Shown piece by piece: positions 1-13,713 of a DNA stretch of 64,000 nucleotides. The position numbers and the translations under genes are program-made. The stretch is from assembly GCA_002104945.1 (NCBI GenBank), contig MCFH01000033.1:434001-498000 (forward strand), written 5' to 3'. Under the pieces are notes generated by a model. It had not been told where the DNA came from and made no database searches. It worked only from the letters and a program-made list of their open reading frames with translations. Source of the stretch: Piromyces finnis finn (lineage: Eukaryota > Fungi > Neocallimastigomycota). Numbering within the stretch: the stretch's first letter is position 1; the number at the start of each line of letters is the position of its first letter.

Positions 1-2246
1 TTTAAAGATTTATATAATAAAAATAAAAAAAAATTGGTAATTAATATATATTAACTTTAATGATATCACATCATAAAAAATATGATATATGCTATATAAT
101 TATTATTTTTGCCAAATTATTTTATAAGTGAATTATGAAAATATGCTTAGTACATTGAAATCGAAAATTATTAAAGAACATATTGTATGTAAAAAAAAAA
201 AAGAAAATTTAAATAATATAAGAAAAATAAATATTTTTTGAATTAATAATTGTTTATGATCATTTTAAAAAATAAGATTATTTCGATTCTTTTAAATAAT
301 ATTAATGAGTTATATATCGAATATGTATTTTTTTAATGTATTTTTATTTTTTATTATATAAATATAATAAATACAATAATAAACATAATATAATAATAAT
401 AATAATAATAATAATAAGATGATGATGATGAAGAAGAAAAAAAGAATAATAATAAGAAAAAGAAAAAGAAGAAGAAGAAAAAAAAAAAAAAAAAGAATAG
501 TAATAATAATAATTAGAATAATAAACATAATAATAATAAAAAGTATTTAAAAGATTAGCAACAAATGTAATTTTATTAATTCTATTATTTCATTATGTTA
601 TTTTTTCTATAGTGAATATAATGAGATGTTAAACTTTTTAAAATGAAACATACTTTTTTTTTTTTTTAGAATAAGCAGTAACATCAATAATACTAATTGT
701 AATTCCATTAACAGCAATCAAATAAAATTCTTCCCAAAATACAAAAATACAGAACTTACTTTTTTAATTTAAGATTTAATTTCAGTTTAACAAATGATAT
801 ATTGTTATGTAATATATATATTATAATATATTAGAAAGGTATATCTATTAATTAAAAATTTAAAGGATAAAAATTTAATGCATCCATTTTTTAATTTCAT
901 TTATTATTTTATAATATACATAAAATAAAATTAATTTATTTTATAATATATTATGTAATATATTCTGAAATATATCATTTTTTATTTAGTTATCAATTAC
1001 ATTTTTTTAATTTTTAATAATTATAAGCTTTTAAATAAAAAAGAGATAACTTTTTAAATTACAATATATATTTATATATTATAATATTATATTAAAATCA
1101 AATCTGTATATTTAATATGATAATAGTAATACATCCAAATAATAATATTTAATTATCTTATTAAATTCCTGTATAAATATATAATTTAAAAAAAAATCTT
1201 TTTTTTTTTTAAGAAGCACTTTTAATTTTTTTATTTATATTTATTATTTCCTCATTTTATAATATATATAATTATTATTCTATCTCTTACTTTCTGTCAA
1301 TAACTTTGGAGAAGAAATGTAATTGAATTGTTTATTATTATTTTATATTTAAATATATTAATAATATCTATAATAAATAAATAAATACATAAATATGAAG
1401 AAAAAAGATTTGTAAAAATTATTCTTGCCCAATTACAAATATATATTTTTTTAAAAAAGTCATATAATATATATATATATAAAAGAACAAATTGAAGGAA
1501 CAAAAAATATAAAAAATACAAAATACATATATATTTGAAATAGAAGAAATAAAAGAAATCATATTAATCAAGAAAACATAGATAATTAATAAATATATAA
1601 ATATATTGAAAACAGCTGTTTTTCATATTTACTTTACTATCAAAGTATTTTTTTTTTTTTTCGAAAATATAATGTTTTTATAAAATTTTTGAAAATGAAA
1701 TATTTATATATAAGTAAATATTATATTCAATAAAATAAGCAAACTTAAATTTTATGATCTAAAAAGCAATAATAGAATAAATATTTAATATTAGATAATA
1801 TGGTTTATTTATAAGCATTATATATTAATATAATACTTATATAGACTATTATATTATATTGTTTTATTATAGTTATAAACAGAAAAAAAAAATACAATTG
1901 TTTTTTAAATATAAAATAAAGCCATTATTATTTTATTTTATTCTTTTGTTTTTTTTTTTTTTTTCTAAAAAAAAAAAAAAATAAAAGGAATAGTATAAAA
2001 GAGAAAAAAAAAAACTGTAGTAATTATTATGATCAATTATTTAAAATTTATTTAAAGTATTTTTTAATAATATTATTTTTAATAATTGTTTTTTCTTTTC
2101 TCAAACAAATATTTAGTAAAATAATATTAATAATATTTTTTATTATATATAATAATAACAATGTTAATAGAGAATATAATTTATACAATAAAAGTTTTTT
2201 TTACCATAAGAAATAATAATAATAATAATAAAATATAAGGACTATT

Positions 2247-5200
2247 ATGTCTTCAATTACTAGTATTTCACATTTAACTATATCTGCTCCAAATTTGCAG
2301 TTATATAAAGCAGTTATTGAATTCTATATTGCATTAGGATTTAAAACAGTTTCTGGTTTCAATAACGATGCTTTAGGTCCTTCTACAACTGAAGTTTGGC
2401 CAACTAATTTTGCTTCAGAAGATGACGATAATAATGATACACCAATTGAAAACGACGAAAAAGCCGTTACTGAAGAATGCTGGCTTTACCTTAAGACAAA
2501 TCAAGAACTCAACGATATAAAAATTCGTGTTGTTCTTTCAATTCAAGTTGATTTCGCTGTTGCTGAATTTACTGCCAATTATGAAAAGAAGCTTAAACTT
2601 TTATCAACTCAACAAATTCAAAATGAAGCAACTTTCCTTTCTTTAATTTCAAATAATTTAGATGTAATTTTAATATTTTAATAATATTGTATTATTATTA
2701 GATATATATGAATTATGTATTAAGTAACTACTATTTCTATGTATTTATAATTTTACAATTACTTGATGATATATTTAAATAGGATATTGAACAAACCTTC
2801 AAAAAGTTAGGTCAACCATTCTGTAAACATTCTTTCCCAATTGTTGATTCAGATAAGATTTATACTCAAATCTTCGTTTATGATCCACTCTTGAATCTTA
2901 TTGTTTTCGATAATAAGGAAACTCCATTAACTGATGCTATTGATGAAACAGGTTTATCTTCCGAAAGATTTAAGTCTCTTAATATTAGTTCCGAAGCTGT
3001 TAATATTGAAAGAACCTCTGGTCAAAAGAAAAAGATTGGTATTATGACTAGTGGTGGTGATTCATCTGGTATGAATTGTGCTGTTAGAGCTACTGTTAGA
3101 TGTGCTTTAGCACGTGGTTGTGTTCCATACTTAATTTTTGAAGGTTACCAAGGTCTTGTTGATGGTGGTGATAAAATTAAGAAGGCTGGATGGGATGATG
3201 TTAGAGGTTTAATGTCTTTAGTATGTAGATCATTTTGTATTGATAAATATATGTATATTTTTTTTTTATTTTATTATGCATAAGGATGTAATTATATTAT
3301 AAAAATTAATCAAAAATGCTATTTTTAACATAATGCTTTAATTAGGGTGGTACTGTTATTGGTACAGCTAGATGTCTTACTTTCAAGACTAAGGAAGGTA
3401 GATCTAAGGCTGCTTTAAATCTTATTAAGAATGGTATTGATGCTTTAGTTGTTGTTGGTGGTGATGGTAGTTTAACCGGTGCTGATCTCTTAAGAGCTGA
3501 ATGGAAGAGTCTTGTTGATACATTACTTAAAGATAATAAAATTACCGAAGAAGAATGTGAAAAATACAAAAACCTTACTATTGTTGGTATGGTTGGTTCT
3601 ATTGATAATGATATGGCTGCTACTGATTTAACTATTGGTGCCAACAGTTCATTACACAGAATTTGTGAAGCTCTTGACTCCTTAGTTTCAACTGCTATTT
3701 CACACCAAAGATGTTTCGTAGTCGAAGTTATGGGTAGACACTGTGGTTGGTTAGGTTTAATGGCTGCTATTGCTGTTGGCGCTGATTGGACTTTCCTCCC
3801 AGAAAGACCACCACCAATTAATACTACTGAAGGTGAATGGGAAGATGAAATGTGTGAAATTCTTCAAACTCAACGTGATAAGGGTAACAGAAAGAACATT
3901 ATTGTTGTTTGTGAAGGTGCTATTGACAGACAATTAAACCCAATTAAGGCTAATTATGTCAAGGAAGTTATCGAAAAGCGCTTAGGTTTAGATACTCGTG
4001 TTACAACTTTAGGTCACGTTCAAAGAGGTGGTGCTCCAAGTGCCTACGATAGATATCTTGCTACTATCCAAAGTGACGAAGCTATTAAGGCTGTCTTAAA
4101 GTCCACTCCAGAAACCCCATCTCCAATGATTGGTATTCAACAAAATAAGATTACTACTATTCCATTAATGGAAGCTGTTTCTTTAACTCATTCTGTTAGT
4201 GAAGCTGTTTCAAAGAAAGATTTCAACAAGGCTATGGAATTACGTGATCCTGATTTCAAGGACGCTTACAATGCTTACGTTGAAAGTACTTTATACGATT
4301 TATACAAGGGTAAATATGAACGTGCAGGAAAATTAAGAATCGGTATTATGCATGTTGGTGCTCCAGCTGGTGGTATGAATGCTGCTACTAGAACTGCTGT
4401 TAGATTATGTCTTAACAGAGGTCACATTCCAATTGGTATTTACAATGGTTTTACTGGTCTTGCTAAGGGTCAAGTTGAAACACTTTCATGGCAAGAAGTT
4501 AGTGGTTGGACCACTCGTGGTGGTTCCGAATTAGGTACTAACCGTATTCAACCACTCCCAATCAATAACAATAGTGTTCCATTAAAGTACTTCAACTCTG
4601 AAGATTTCATTGATGCCGGTATTGTTGCTTACAACTTCCAAAAACTCAAGTTACAAGGTTTAATTATCATTGGTGGTTTCGAAGCCTACAGCAGTATTCT
4701 TACTTTAGCCCAATGTAGAAATATTTACCCATCTTTCTGTATTCCAATGGTTCAAATTCCAGCTACTGTTTCTAACAATGTTCCAGGTACTGAATACTCT
4801 TTAGGTTCTGATACTGCTATTAATGCTATTGTTGAAGCTTGTGATCGTATTAAGCTTTCTGCTAGTGCTTCCCGTAAGCGTGTCTTTGTTGTTGAAGTTC
4901 AAGGTGGTCATTGTGGTTACTTAGCTGTTGTTGGTGGTTTAGCTGCTGGTGCTACTTGTTGTTACATTCCAGAAGAAGGTATTACCTTAGATATGCTTCA
5001 AAGAGATATTCGTCACATGATAAGACGTTATCGTGAAGAAGATGCTAAGGGTATTCCAAGTGAAGGTAGATTAATTCTTCGTAATGAATGTGCCAGTAAG
5101 ACCTACACTACTGATGTCATTTCTGCTATTCTTAAAGAAGAAGGTAAGGGTCTTTTCGATTCTCGTACTGCTGTTCTTGGTCACCTTCAACAAGGTGGTA

Positions 5201-5595
5201 TTCCAACTCCATTAGATAGAATTCGTGCTGTTAGACAAGCTGTCAAATGTGTTGATTGGATTGAACAAAGAGCATTTGCTTCTGTTAATAAGCAAAAGAA
5301 TAGCAGTATTCCAGGTACTCCACAATTTACCAAGCCACAATTTGATGATGACAAATTACTTAACGTTTACACTGCCGATCCAGAATCAGCTTGTGTTATT
5401 GGTATTCGTGGTGCTGAAACTGTTTTCACTCCAGTTGAAAACTTAGCTAAGGAAACTGATATGAAGCATCGTGTTGGTAAGAAGGCCTGGTGGATGGGTC
5501 AAAAGAAGTTAATTTACATGTTATCTAAATACGATTACTTTGATGAAGAAGAAGAAGAAAAGGTTAACTTATTAAAGAACCGTAACAATGTTTAA
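2247..5595 (+). CDS. PFK1: ATP-dependent 6-phosphofructokinase, eukaryotic tandem-domain type; exons 2247-2663, 2783-3220, 3346-5595 (~1034 aa)
   Basis: Motifs [60 protein letters not shown] and second-half [25 protein letters not shown]. Two phase-0 GT..AG introns (2664-2782, 3221-3345) join three track ORFs in frame. Confidence 0.96.
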
Positions 5596-5938
5596 ATTTA
5601 GAATTACAAAATCCTTTTCTCTATCTATTCTCTCTTTTTTTTTAAAAAAAAAAGAAAAAAAAAAACTATAATTAAAGAAATAAATAAAATTTAAATTCAA
5701 AATATCAAAAAAAAAAAAAAAAAAAAAAAAAATAAAAAATTATAAAAAATTAACAAACAAGTATAAAAAATATTCGTGCTCCAATTTTCATTTTCTTATC
5801 CTGAATGAAAAATAAAAACCAAACCAAATAAAAACAATCACCCTCTATAAAAAATAAATTATTAATAAATATATTTTTAAAATATATGTAAAAGAAAAAA
5901 AAAAAAAAAATCAATAATAATAAAATAACAATTATATT

Positions 5939-5983
<45 letters not shown>

Positions 5984-6552
5984 CAAAGAAAAAAAAACCC
6001 TATATCCCATATATCCTATTATTAATTATATATAATTTTCTTTAGATAGAAGAGAAAATACTTAAGATAAAGTAAAATTATAATTTATTTTAATCAATAG
6101 AAAAAATATAAAATATTTATAAAGTTTTTATCTTTTTTTTTTTTTACTTTTATTTATGCTTTATTTTATTTTTACTCTTTGATCGTCTTATTAATTTTTT
6201 TTTATTATTATTATTTTTATTATTAAATTATTAACGATAAAATTTTTTAACAAGTAATTAAAAGTTACTATTCAATTCAATTGTCGATGAATACTTAATA
6301 ATAAATAATAGAAAGAAAGAAATATTGAAAAAAGAAATTAAAATAAAGAAAGAGAAAGTGTATCTACCAAAAAATAATGGAAAAGTAAAGATAAAAGAAA
6401 AAAGAAAAAAAATAAATGAAAAAAACTAGAAAACTATTAAACCTAATATAATATAAAATTTAAAATTAAATAAATTTATAAAATATATATAAAAAAAAAT
6501 TATTTAAATTTATAATAGTATTAATTTTATTTATTTTTTTTTTTATAAATTG

Positions 6553-7107
6553 TTATAAAGAAAAATTTAATATTTTATTATCATAGATCTTTTTTAATAT
6601 TTTTATTATTGAATTCATATTTAACACGTTACAGTTATCCAATTTTAATATTTTATAAATATTCCTTATAATATTATTATTTTTCAAGGAATCTTCATTA
6701 ATAATAGCTTCTTCAACGTTAATTAGATCATTTAATAAACTATAGAAATCAAGGGCAACTCTCATGCATTTATCTTACTGGCATGTCTTTTCAGTTGCCT
6801 TAATTAAATCATTATCATTTTAATTATTGGATAATTCATATTCTACCATAGGACATAATTTATTATTTTCATTTTTATTACATAAAAAGATCATAGATAA
6901 CTTATTAATGGAAAGCAATTGTACATATTTGTTTTTTAATTTCTTTGAAAGTAATTCACAAGTTGATAAAGCTACTAACGAATTTTTTATGAATGCCTGA
7001 CTTTTTTTTTTTTTTTTCTTCCTTTTTTCATAATATTCATAGCAAATATTGTCAATATTTTCTTTACTAAAAGAATTGGAACCATAAATACAACTATCAT
7101 ATTTCAC
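6553..7107 (-). pseudogene. Decayed ORF of unknown identity (~185 codons, two in-frame TAA stops)
   Basis: Track ORFs 6820-7107 and 6553-6765 share a frame; the 54 nt between them read NDNDLIKATEKTCQ*DKC. Composition is more coding-like than the flanks. Confidence 0.4.
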
Positions 7108-7648
7108 TAATTCATTTTCACATTGTTGTATTACTTTAGTTATATCTTTATTGAATTTTTTTTTTTTTTTTTTTTTGTATTATCTTTTATTACAATTAAT
7201 AAATAAAAAAAAAAATAATAATAACAGTATAATAAATGTTTTTTTTATATATAATTTATTTTTATTATAATTGTTATTGATAATATATATATAATTCTTT
7301 ATATGTAAAAAAAAAAAAAAAAAAAAATTGAATATACTACTTCTGAAAGAATATGCTTTTTATTATAAGTTATTAGAAATGATATGTATAAAATTCTTAA
7401 ATAAAAGGTTTTTTCATGGTAGTTGAATGGGAATGTTAAAAGAAAGTAAAATTATCTTAAAAATATTAATAATTTATTAATATCAAAAAAAAAAAAAAAA
7501 AAAAAAAAAAAGCAATACAATTATTCAGTATTTTAATGTTTTAACTTTTAGTTTTGTTATTTTATTTATATATATATAATTTTTTTATTAACTGATTTTA
7601 TTTATGTTTGAAAAATTTTTAAATTGAAAAAATCTAAAAATTGATTTC

Positions 7649-7721
7649 CGACCCTGATGGGACTCGAACCCACAATCTTCGCCTCCGGAGGGCAACGCGT
7701 TATCCATTTCGCCACAGGATC
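7649..7721 (-). tRNA. tRNA-Arg(CCG), intronless
   Basis: GATCCTG/CAGGGTC acceptor stem, anticodon arm TTGCC-CTCCGGA-GGCGA, T-loop GGTTCGAGTCC; 73 nt. Confidence 0.95.
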
Positions 7722-7788
7722 AAGAAAACAAAAGTTTGTTGATCATTGTACTACTTATATCACGATTTTTTAAAACCAATAGTTTTTT

Positions 7789-8486
7789 TGTCAAGAGTTA
7801 GAGTGGATTTAGAACTATAATTAAGTCTACTAGGTTAGGATAGGCTTAATTATATAGTAAATAATAAATTTTTATAAATAAAAGAGTAATAAATATAGTT
7901 TTTTAAGAAATATTTTATTTAATTTTTATAATATAAATAAATGATAATTATTAATTTTAAATATTGAATTTACTATATAAAAATGAGTATAATAATCTCA
8001 CAAAGAACTTCTTAAAGTTGTTCTTTGTTCAACTTATTTATACTTTCATTTTTAATATAATGTTGATATTAATAAAGTATAATAATAATATAATTTAAGT
8101 TATACATGTATAATAATATAAATATAAATATTAATAAAATATAATAATAATAATAATAATATAATTTTCTTTAAATATCGATATTAATAAGTTGTTAAAA
8201 ATAATATTAATAATTATTTAAATGAATCTTATTTTACTAATTGGTTTGTTTAATATTAATTAATTGTTACACTCTATTTATCTCCGGATAATAAATAGCT
8301 TTCCAATTAATATTTATATTAAATAAACTATTATTAGTAAAATATTATTAAATTAATATTTTAATTAATTTAACTAATAATTCAAAATTATGAAATTTCA
8401 TGAAATGTCAAATTTCATGAAATGTCAAATTTCATGAAATGTCAAATTTCATGAAATGTCAAATTTCATGAATTGTGATTTTGACA
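7789..8486 (-). repeat. 3' LTR of element A (698 bp)
   Basis: Homologous to 13714-14161; carries four tandem copies of TGAAATGTCAAATTTCA (8401-8468). Confidence 0.85.
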
Positions 8487-9006
8487 ACGCCCTTCCACTA
8501 AAATTGGATACTAAACAATTTTTTGATAGTGGAATATCTTATATTGAATTTAAAATATTAAAATTTTAATATTTTCAAAATTTTTGAAATTTCGAAATGG
8601 TCACATGAGGATGGAGGAATGAATTTTAAATGGCCATTTCGCGAAATTTCAAAAGTTGTCAAAAATTGATAAAAATGAAATTTTGTTATGAAATACATAT
8701 ATGTATTGTATAAAAAATGTGTTTTTGAAATTTTTTATGTTGTACAACTGTCATAATTGAAATTTTGAATTTTTTGAAATTTTAAATTTTGATTTTAAAG
8801 GGTTTTTTATGTTTTTTGAAATTTTTTAAAATTTAATATTAAAAATATTAATAATAATAAGCTGAAAAATAAATTTTATAATTAAAAAATAGTGAATATA
8901 AAAATTTTTGAAATTTCAATTTTTAAATCTGTGATGGGTTAAATTGAAGTAATTTTGTATTATAATAGTTTTCTCATTTTTTTTTTTTCATTCTCTCTCT
9001 CTTTCT

Positions 9007-9044
<38 letters not shown>

Positions 9045-9219
9045 ATAAGCGATATCAATAGGCTTCCTATTGTTCTTTAAATATAATAAGAAGATATTTT
9101 GGTTTCTTGGGTTATCTTCAACTTCACTAGAAGGAACCCAATTATATTGAGAACGGTATTTGTATCTAATTTTTTATTCATACCGTTTAAGTTTATAATT
9201 AGTTCGAAATCCCGCAATC

Positions 9220-10518
9220 TCAATGATGTGATTCAGGATCCTTTGATCTTGATAAGAATCTTGAAGGAGTAGGAATAAAAGGTTCAAGTTCCGAAATATG
9301 GAAGATTGGATGATGTTTTGGGAAAGGGGAGTTATGTATATCTATTTTATAATTGTTATTTTCCAAAACTTCTAAAACTTTATAAGGTCCGTATTTACAA
9401 GGTGAAAGTTTTGGAGTTTCTTCCGTAGAAAAGGATGGAGGTGCTTGAATCCAAACTTTATCGCCAACTTTAAATATAGGAGGTGATATCCTTTTCTTAT
9501 CGGCATGTTTTTTATATAAATCCTTAGCTCTAAATAAAACTTCTTTAACATAATTAAAATTATCACAAACATTTCTAATAAAATTATTATTAGTATAGGA
9601 TTTGTCATAAAGAAAGACATCATCAACAGGAGGGTGGAATCCATAGTTAATAAAGAAAGGACTTTGTTTGGTAGACTCATTAATAGAATTGTTATAAACA
9701 AATTCGGCTAAGTGAATCCATTCAACCCAGTCATCATGATAATAGGACTTTGAATAACAGCGGAGATATTGCTCAATAAAAGAATTACATCTTTCAACTT
9801 GACCGACCGTTTCATGATGATCAGTGGTAGCAATTTTAGTTTTAACTTTAAGTTCTTCCATTAAACTATTCCAAAGATCACTAGTAAATTGAGAACCGCG
9901 ATCAGTATAAATATCAGAAGGTAATCCATGAAGTTTGAATATATTTTTAATAAAAGCTGTAGCTGTTTGTTTAGCATCAGGTATTTTCTTAAAAGGAACT
10001 AAATGAATCATTTTTGAAAATCTATCTACAGTAACCATTAGAACAGTATATCCTTTAGAATCAGGTAAACCACATAAAAAGTCAATTTCAACAGAACGCC
10101 ATGGTCTATCAGGAGTTTCTAAAGGTTGTAAAGGACCATATTTTTCGTGTTTATTGAATTTGTTTCTAGTACAAGTTTCACAAGAATTAACAAATTCAGT
10201 TACATCTTTACGAATTTTTTGCCACCAATAGTTTCTAGTAATTAATTCTTCAGTTCTTTTAATACCCAAATGACCAGCAGCAGGATTTTCATGGTATCGC
10301 ATAAGTACTTCTAATCTTAAAGCTTCAGGAATATATATTAAATTATTATAAAGAATCATATTATTTTGAATCTTGAATTTATTCATTTTTCTAAAAGGTC
10401 TATAAAAATAACCTGGATTAGCATTATTTGGTGCAAAATATAATCTAATATCGTTTGCAGTATCATCTGTTTTAGTATATTCAATAACTTTATCAATAAA
10501 GTCACTAAGAATTCCCAC
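9220..10518 (-). CDS. Element A integrase fragment
   Basis: HENPAAGHLG..CETC zinc finger, EIDF / YTDRGSQF / GQVERCN DDE core, GPY-like CKYGPY; a degenerate chromodomain-like stretch follows at ~9220-9050. Confidence 0.88.
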   Translation of the reverse strand: MGILSDFIDKVIEYTKTDDTANDIRLYFAPNNANPGYFYRPFRKMNKFKIQNNMILYNNLIYIPEALRLEVLMRYHENPAAGHLGIKRTEELITRNYWWQKIRKDVTEFVNSCETCTRNKFNKHEKYGPLQPLETPDRPWRSVEIDFLCGLPDSKGYTVLMVTVDRFSKMIHLVPFKKIPDAKQTATAFIKNIFKLHGLPSDIYTDRGSQFTSDLWNSLMEELKVKTKIATTDHHETVGQVERCNSFIEQYLRCYSKSYYHDDWVEWIHLAEFVYNNSINESTKQSPFFINYGFHPPVDDVFLYDKSYTNNNFIRNVCDNFNYVKEVLFRAKDLYKKHADKKRISPPIFKVGDKVWIQAPPSFSTEETPKLSPCKYGPYKVLEVLENNNYKIDIHNSPFPKHHPIFHISELEPFIPTPSRFLSRSKDPESHH

Positions 10519-10519
10519 A

Positions 10520-11950
10520 AAACATGGAATATTTTTAACATTTTTTATATCTAAAATATGCTCAGGTTTTATTTGTTCATTACCAGAATTATAATCAGGT
10601 CTTCTAGAGAGACTATCTGGCTTACCATTTTTTCTTCCTTGGCGATAAATTAATTCAAAATCATATTCTTGAAAGAAGAGATGCCAACGATGTTGACGTT
10701 GATTTTGAATTTTTCCACCTAAAGTATAAAGTAAATTGTGGTGGTCTGTATAAACTTTTACTTTAAATTTAGCACCTAAAAGTAGATGTCGCCAAGCTGA
10801 GAAAGCAGATTTAATAGAAAGAAGTTCTTTATCTGTAATAGAATAGTTCCTTTCTGTATCATTTAAACTTCTGGAAAAATAAGCAACAGGATGTAGTTTT
10901 TTATCATCATCATATTGAGATAAAACGGAACCTATTGCAAAATTACTGGCATCACATTCTACTATAAACGGCCTATTAGTGTCAGGAAAAACTAAAACGA
11001 GAGAGGTAATTAATTTATTTTGTAAATTTACGAAAGCATCATCACATATCTTATCCCAATGAAATTTAACATTTTTCCTAGTTAAATTATGTAAAGGTTT
11101 GGCGATTTTGGCAAAATTATTAACAAACCTTCTATAATAATTACAAAGACCAAGAAAGCGTTGAACATCTTTAACGCATTTTGGTCTAGGCCATTCTTTA
11201 ATAGCTTCTTTGGATCAGTAGAGATACCATTACCTGAAATAGTGAAACCTAAGAATTCAACTTCATTTTTATGAAATTCACATTTTTCAAATTTTGCATA
11301 TAATTTGTTTTGTATTAATTTATCTAAAACAGATCTTACATGGTTAATATGATCGTTGAGATTTTCTGAGAAAATTAAAATATCATCCATGTATAAAATA
11401 ACAAATTTATCCAAATATTCACGTAATATTGAATTTATGAATGATTAGAATGTTGCTGGAGCATTTTTTAATCCATATGGCATTACTAAATATTCGTAAT
11501 GACCAAACTTTGTTCTAAAAGCAGTCTTATATTCATCACCTTCTTTTATTCTTATCAAATTATAAGCTGATCTCAAGTCCAATTTAGTAAAAATTTTTGA
11601 ACCCCTAACCCTTTCAATGATATCTGAAATTAAAGGTAAAGGGTATGAATTCCTTACTGTTACAGCGTTTAACTTTTTGTAATCAATACAAACCCTTAGT
11701 GAGACATCTTTTTTCTTCTGAAAAACAACAGGATAACCTGCAGGAGATTCAGAGGGCCTAATAAAACCTTTTTTAAGAGTTTCATTAATATATTCTTGTA
11801 AGGCTTCTTTCTCTTGTCTTGACAAAGGATAGATAGGTCCATAATGTAAAGTGGCGTCATTTTCTAGGACTATTTTACAATAAGTTAAACGGTGTAGAGG
11901 TAACTTATCAGCTTTTGATTTACTGAAAACAACAGCAAGATCTTTATATT
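10520..11950 (-). pseudogene. Element A RT/RNase H, broken by stops and frameshifts
   Basis: [40 protein letters not shown] in split ORFs 11445-11825 and 11082-11414. Confidence 0.88.
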
Positions 11951-12728
11951 CATTAGGGATTTCATCTATGATAAGGGTTAGGTCATTTTACTCATTTCTT
12001 CAAAATTTTCGACATTTTCAGATAAAAATGAATGGATAAAATAATTGATATCATTCTTATTAAAAGACGTAGAATTATTATCTTTAACTTGAAGATTAGA
12101 TTTATGAGAGAAATTAGTAGAATTATTATTAGTATTATCGGAAAATGAATAATTAAAATCTTTTTTAGAATGAGAAATTTTTAAATTTTTTGAAAAATTT
12201 TTTAAATTCTTATTATTGAAGTGTTTAAAATTATTACAATATAAATGATTATTTTTATAATTAAAATGAATCTTAAATTTTTTCATGAATTTATTTCCAA
12301 ATAATAAATCCATAGGAATATGTTCTGAAATTAAGAATTTTTCTTTAAAGTATATAAAATAAAATTTGTTTTTGATAAAAATCTTTAATTGAAATTTTAA
12401 ATAAACATAATCATTGATATCAGTAGTAAACCCACTAATACCTTTTATAATCAATTTGCTTTTTAATTTTCTTTTAATTAAATTATATTTACAAATATGG
12501 TAGAAATAAAGTTGCATGAGGAACTTGAATCAAGTATTGAATTACAGGTTATTGGAGAATTGGTAATAAAATTAGAGTTGTTATTTAGAAATTCTTTAGG
12601 AATATATGACTTAAAGGTTAGAAATGAGTTTAAATTGGAATTTTCATTGTTCTCTAGAGATGAGAAATTATGATAAATAATTTTTGGTGTATTATGAACA
12701 TCCATTGACGTCTTATGGTGTTCATTGT

Positions 12729-13678
12729 TTAAAAATTTTTTGAAGAAATTTTTTTGGTTTTTGTAGTGGAATAATTATTATTATTATTACCACTATTATT
12801 ATTATTATTAATTGAGTAATTAGATTTTAAATTATTATTGTTATTATTATTATTGTGATATTTTTGATAATTGTTTCTATTGTTATTATAATTATTGTTA
12901 TTATTGTTATAAAAAGAATTTTTTCTTCCATGACTTTTATTATTAATTTGGTTTAACTTTTTATTTGAAACATTATTTTGTTCAAATAAAATACATCTTG
13001 TAAAAATAGCTTCGAGAGTAGTAGGAAAGGTATCTAATTTTTCAATTTCTTCTTGATATTTAGGATGAAGACCATTATAAAACATAAGAGTAATAGCTTC
13101 TTGATCCCAGTTAAAATATTGAATATATGATCTAAATTCTTCCATATATTCATTAATTTTTCCATATGTTTGTTTCAATTTACTTAGCTTAATCTTGGCT
13201 AATTTGCGGCTTGAAACATTTGGAAAAGCATTTTTTAATTCTACTAATAATTCAAACATAGTAGAGGGATGAGTATTTCCACTGTATCTTGTTAAATACC
13301 AACTTCTAGCAATTCCTCTTAATCTTGTTTTAACAAAATTAATTTTAGCTTCTTCCATCATATGTTTATTAGGATAAGTGCTAAAAGTATCTTCACAAAT
13401 TTGACAGAATAGTTCTGTTTCATGAGGATCACCAGAAAAAAGACTTAGTTTTCTATTTCTATTTAAATATTCTTGGAAGGTGTTGATATTATTAGAGACT
13501 GATTCCAAAACTTTCGCGCAAAATTAGCGGTATTTCTTTTAATTTCTTGAAATTGAGATTCAATATGTTTTTCAAAATCTTTAATTTGGCTAAGAGTAGC
13601 AAAGTTTTCTTGAACGCTGTTCACAATGTTTACAACAGTAGTTTTTTCATTTTCGAGGAGTTGATTAACTTCATCCAT
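12729..13678 (-). pseudogene. Element A gag, frameshifted near 13500
   Basis: FSGDPHE..LRGIARSWY..YMEEFR..FYNGLHPK retrotransposon-gag signature; ATG at 13678 just after the 5' LTR. Confidence 0.8.
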
Positions 13679-13703
13679 CCTAAGGTAGTAACCAAAGTTA
13701 TAG

Positions 13704-13713
13704 GTGAGATTAT
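13704..13713 (-). promoter_or_regulatory. Self-priming PBS of A (ATAATCTCAC)
   Basis: Abuts the 5' LTR; complementary GTGAGATTAT lies on the element's sense strand inside the 3' LTR (plus 7992-8001), 41 nt downstream of TATAAA. Confidence 0.7.

Noticed and set aside
700-1300. Possible minus-strand exons with GTAAG donors upstream of PFK
   Set aside because: No consistent ORF or acceptor could be assembled within the window
310-1521. Short minus-strand ORFs (310-528, 1297-1521) and similar ones at 5750-6010, 14262-14597, 59918-60138
   Set aside because: They are translations of (AAT)n, poly-A/T or low-complexity DNA with no protein signal
6766-6822. Alternative genetic code (TAA read as Gln)
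   Set aside because: PFK and element D gag end in TAA, and long ORFs are open under the standard code
13680-13694. TGGTTACTACC as a tRNA PBS for element A
   Set aside because: It is 19 nt from the LTR with no recognisable tRNA end, whereas the LTR-adjacent 10-mer has a perfect self-complement
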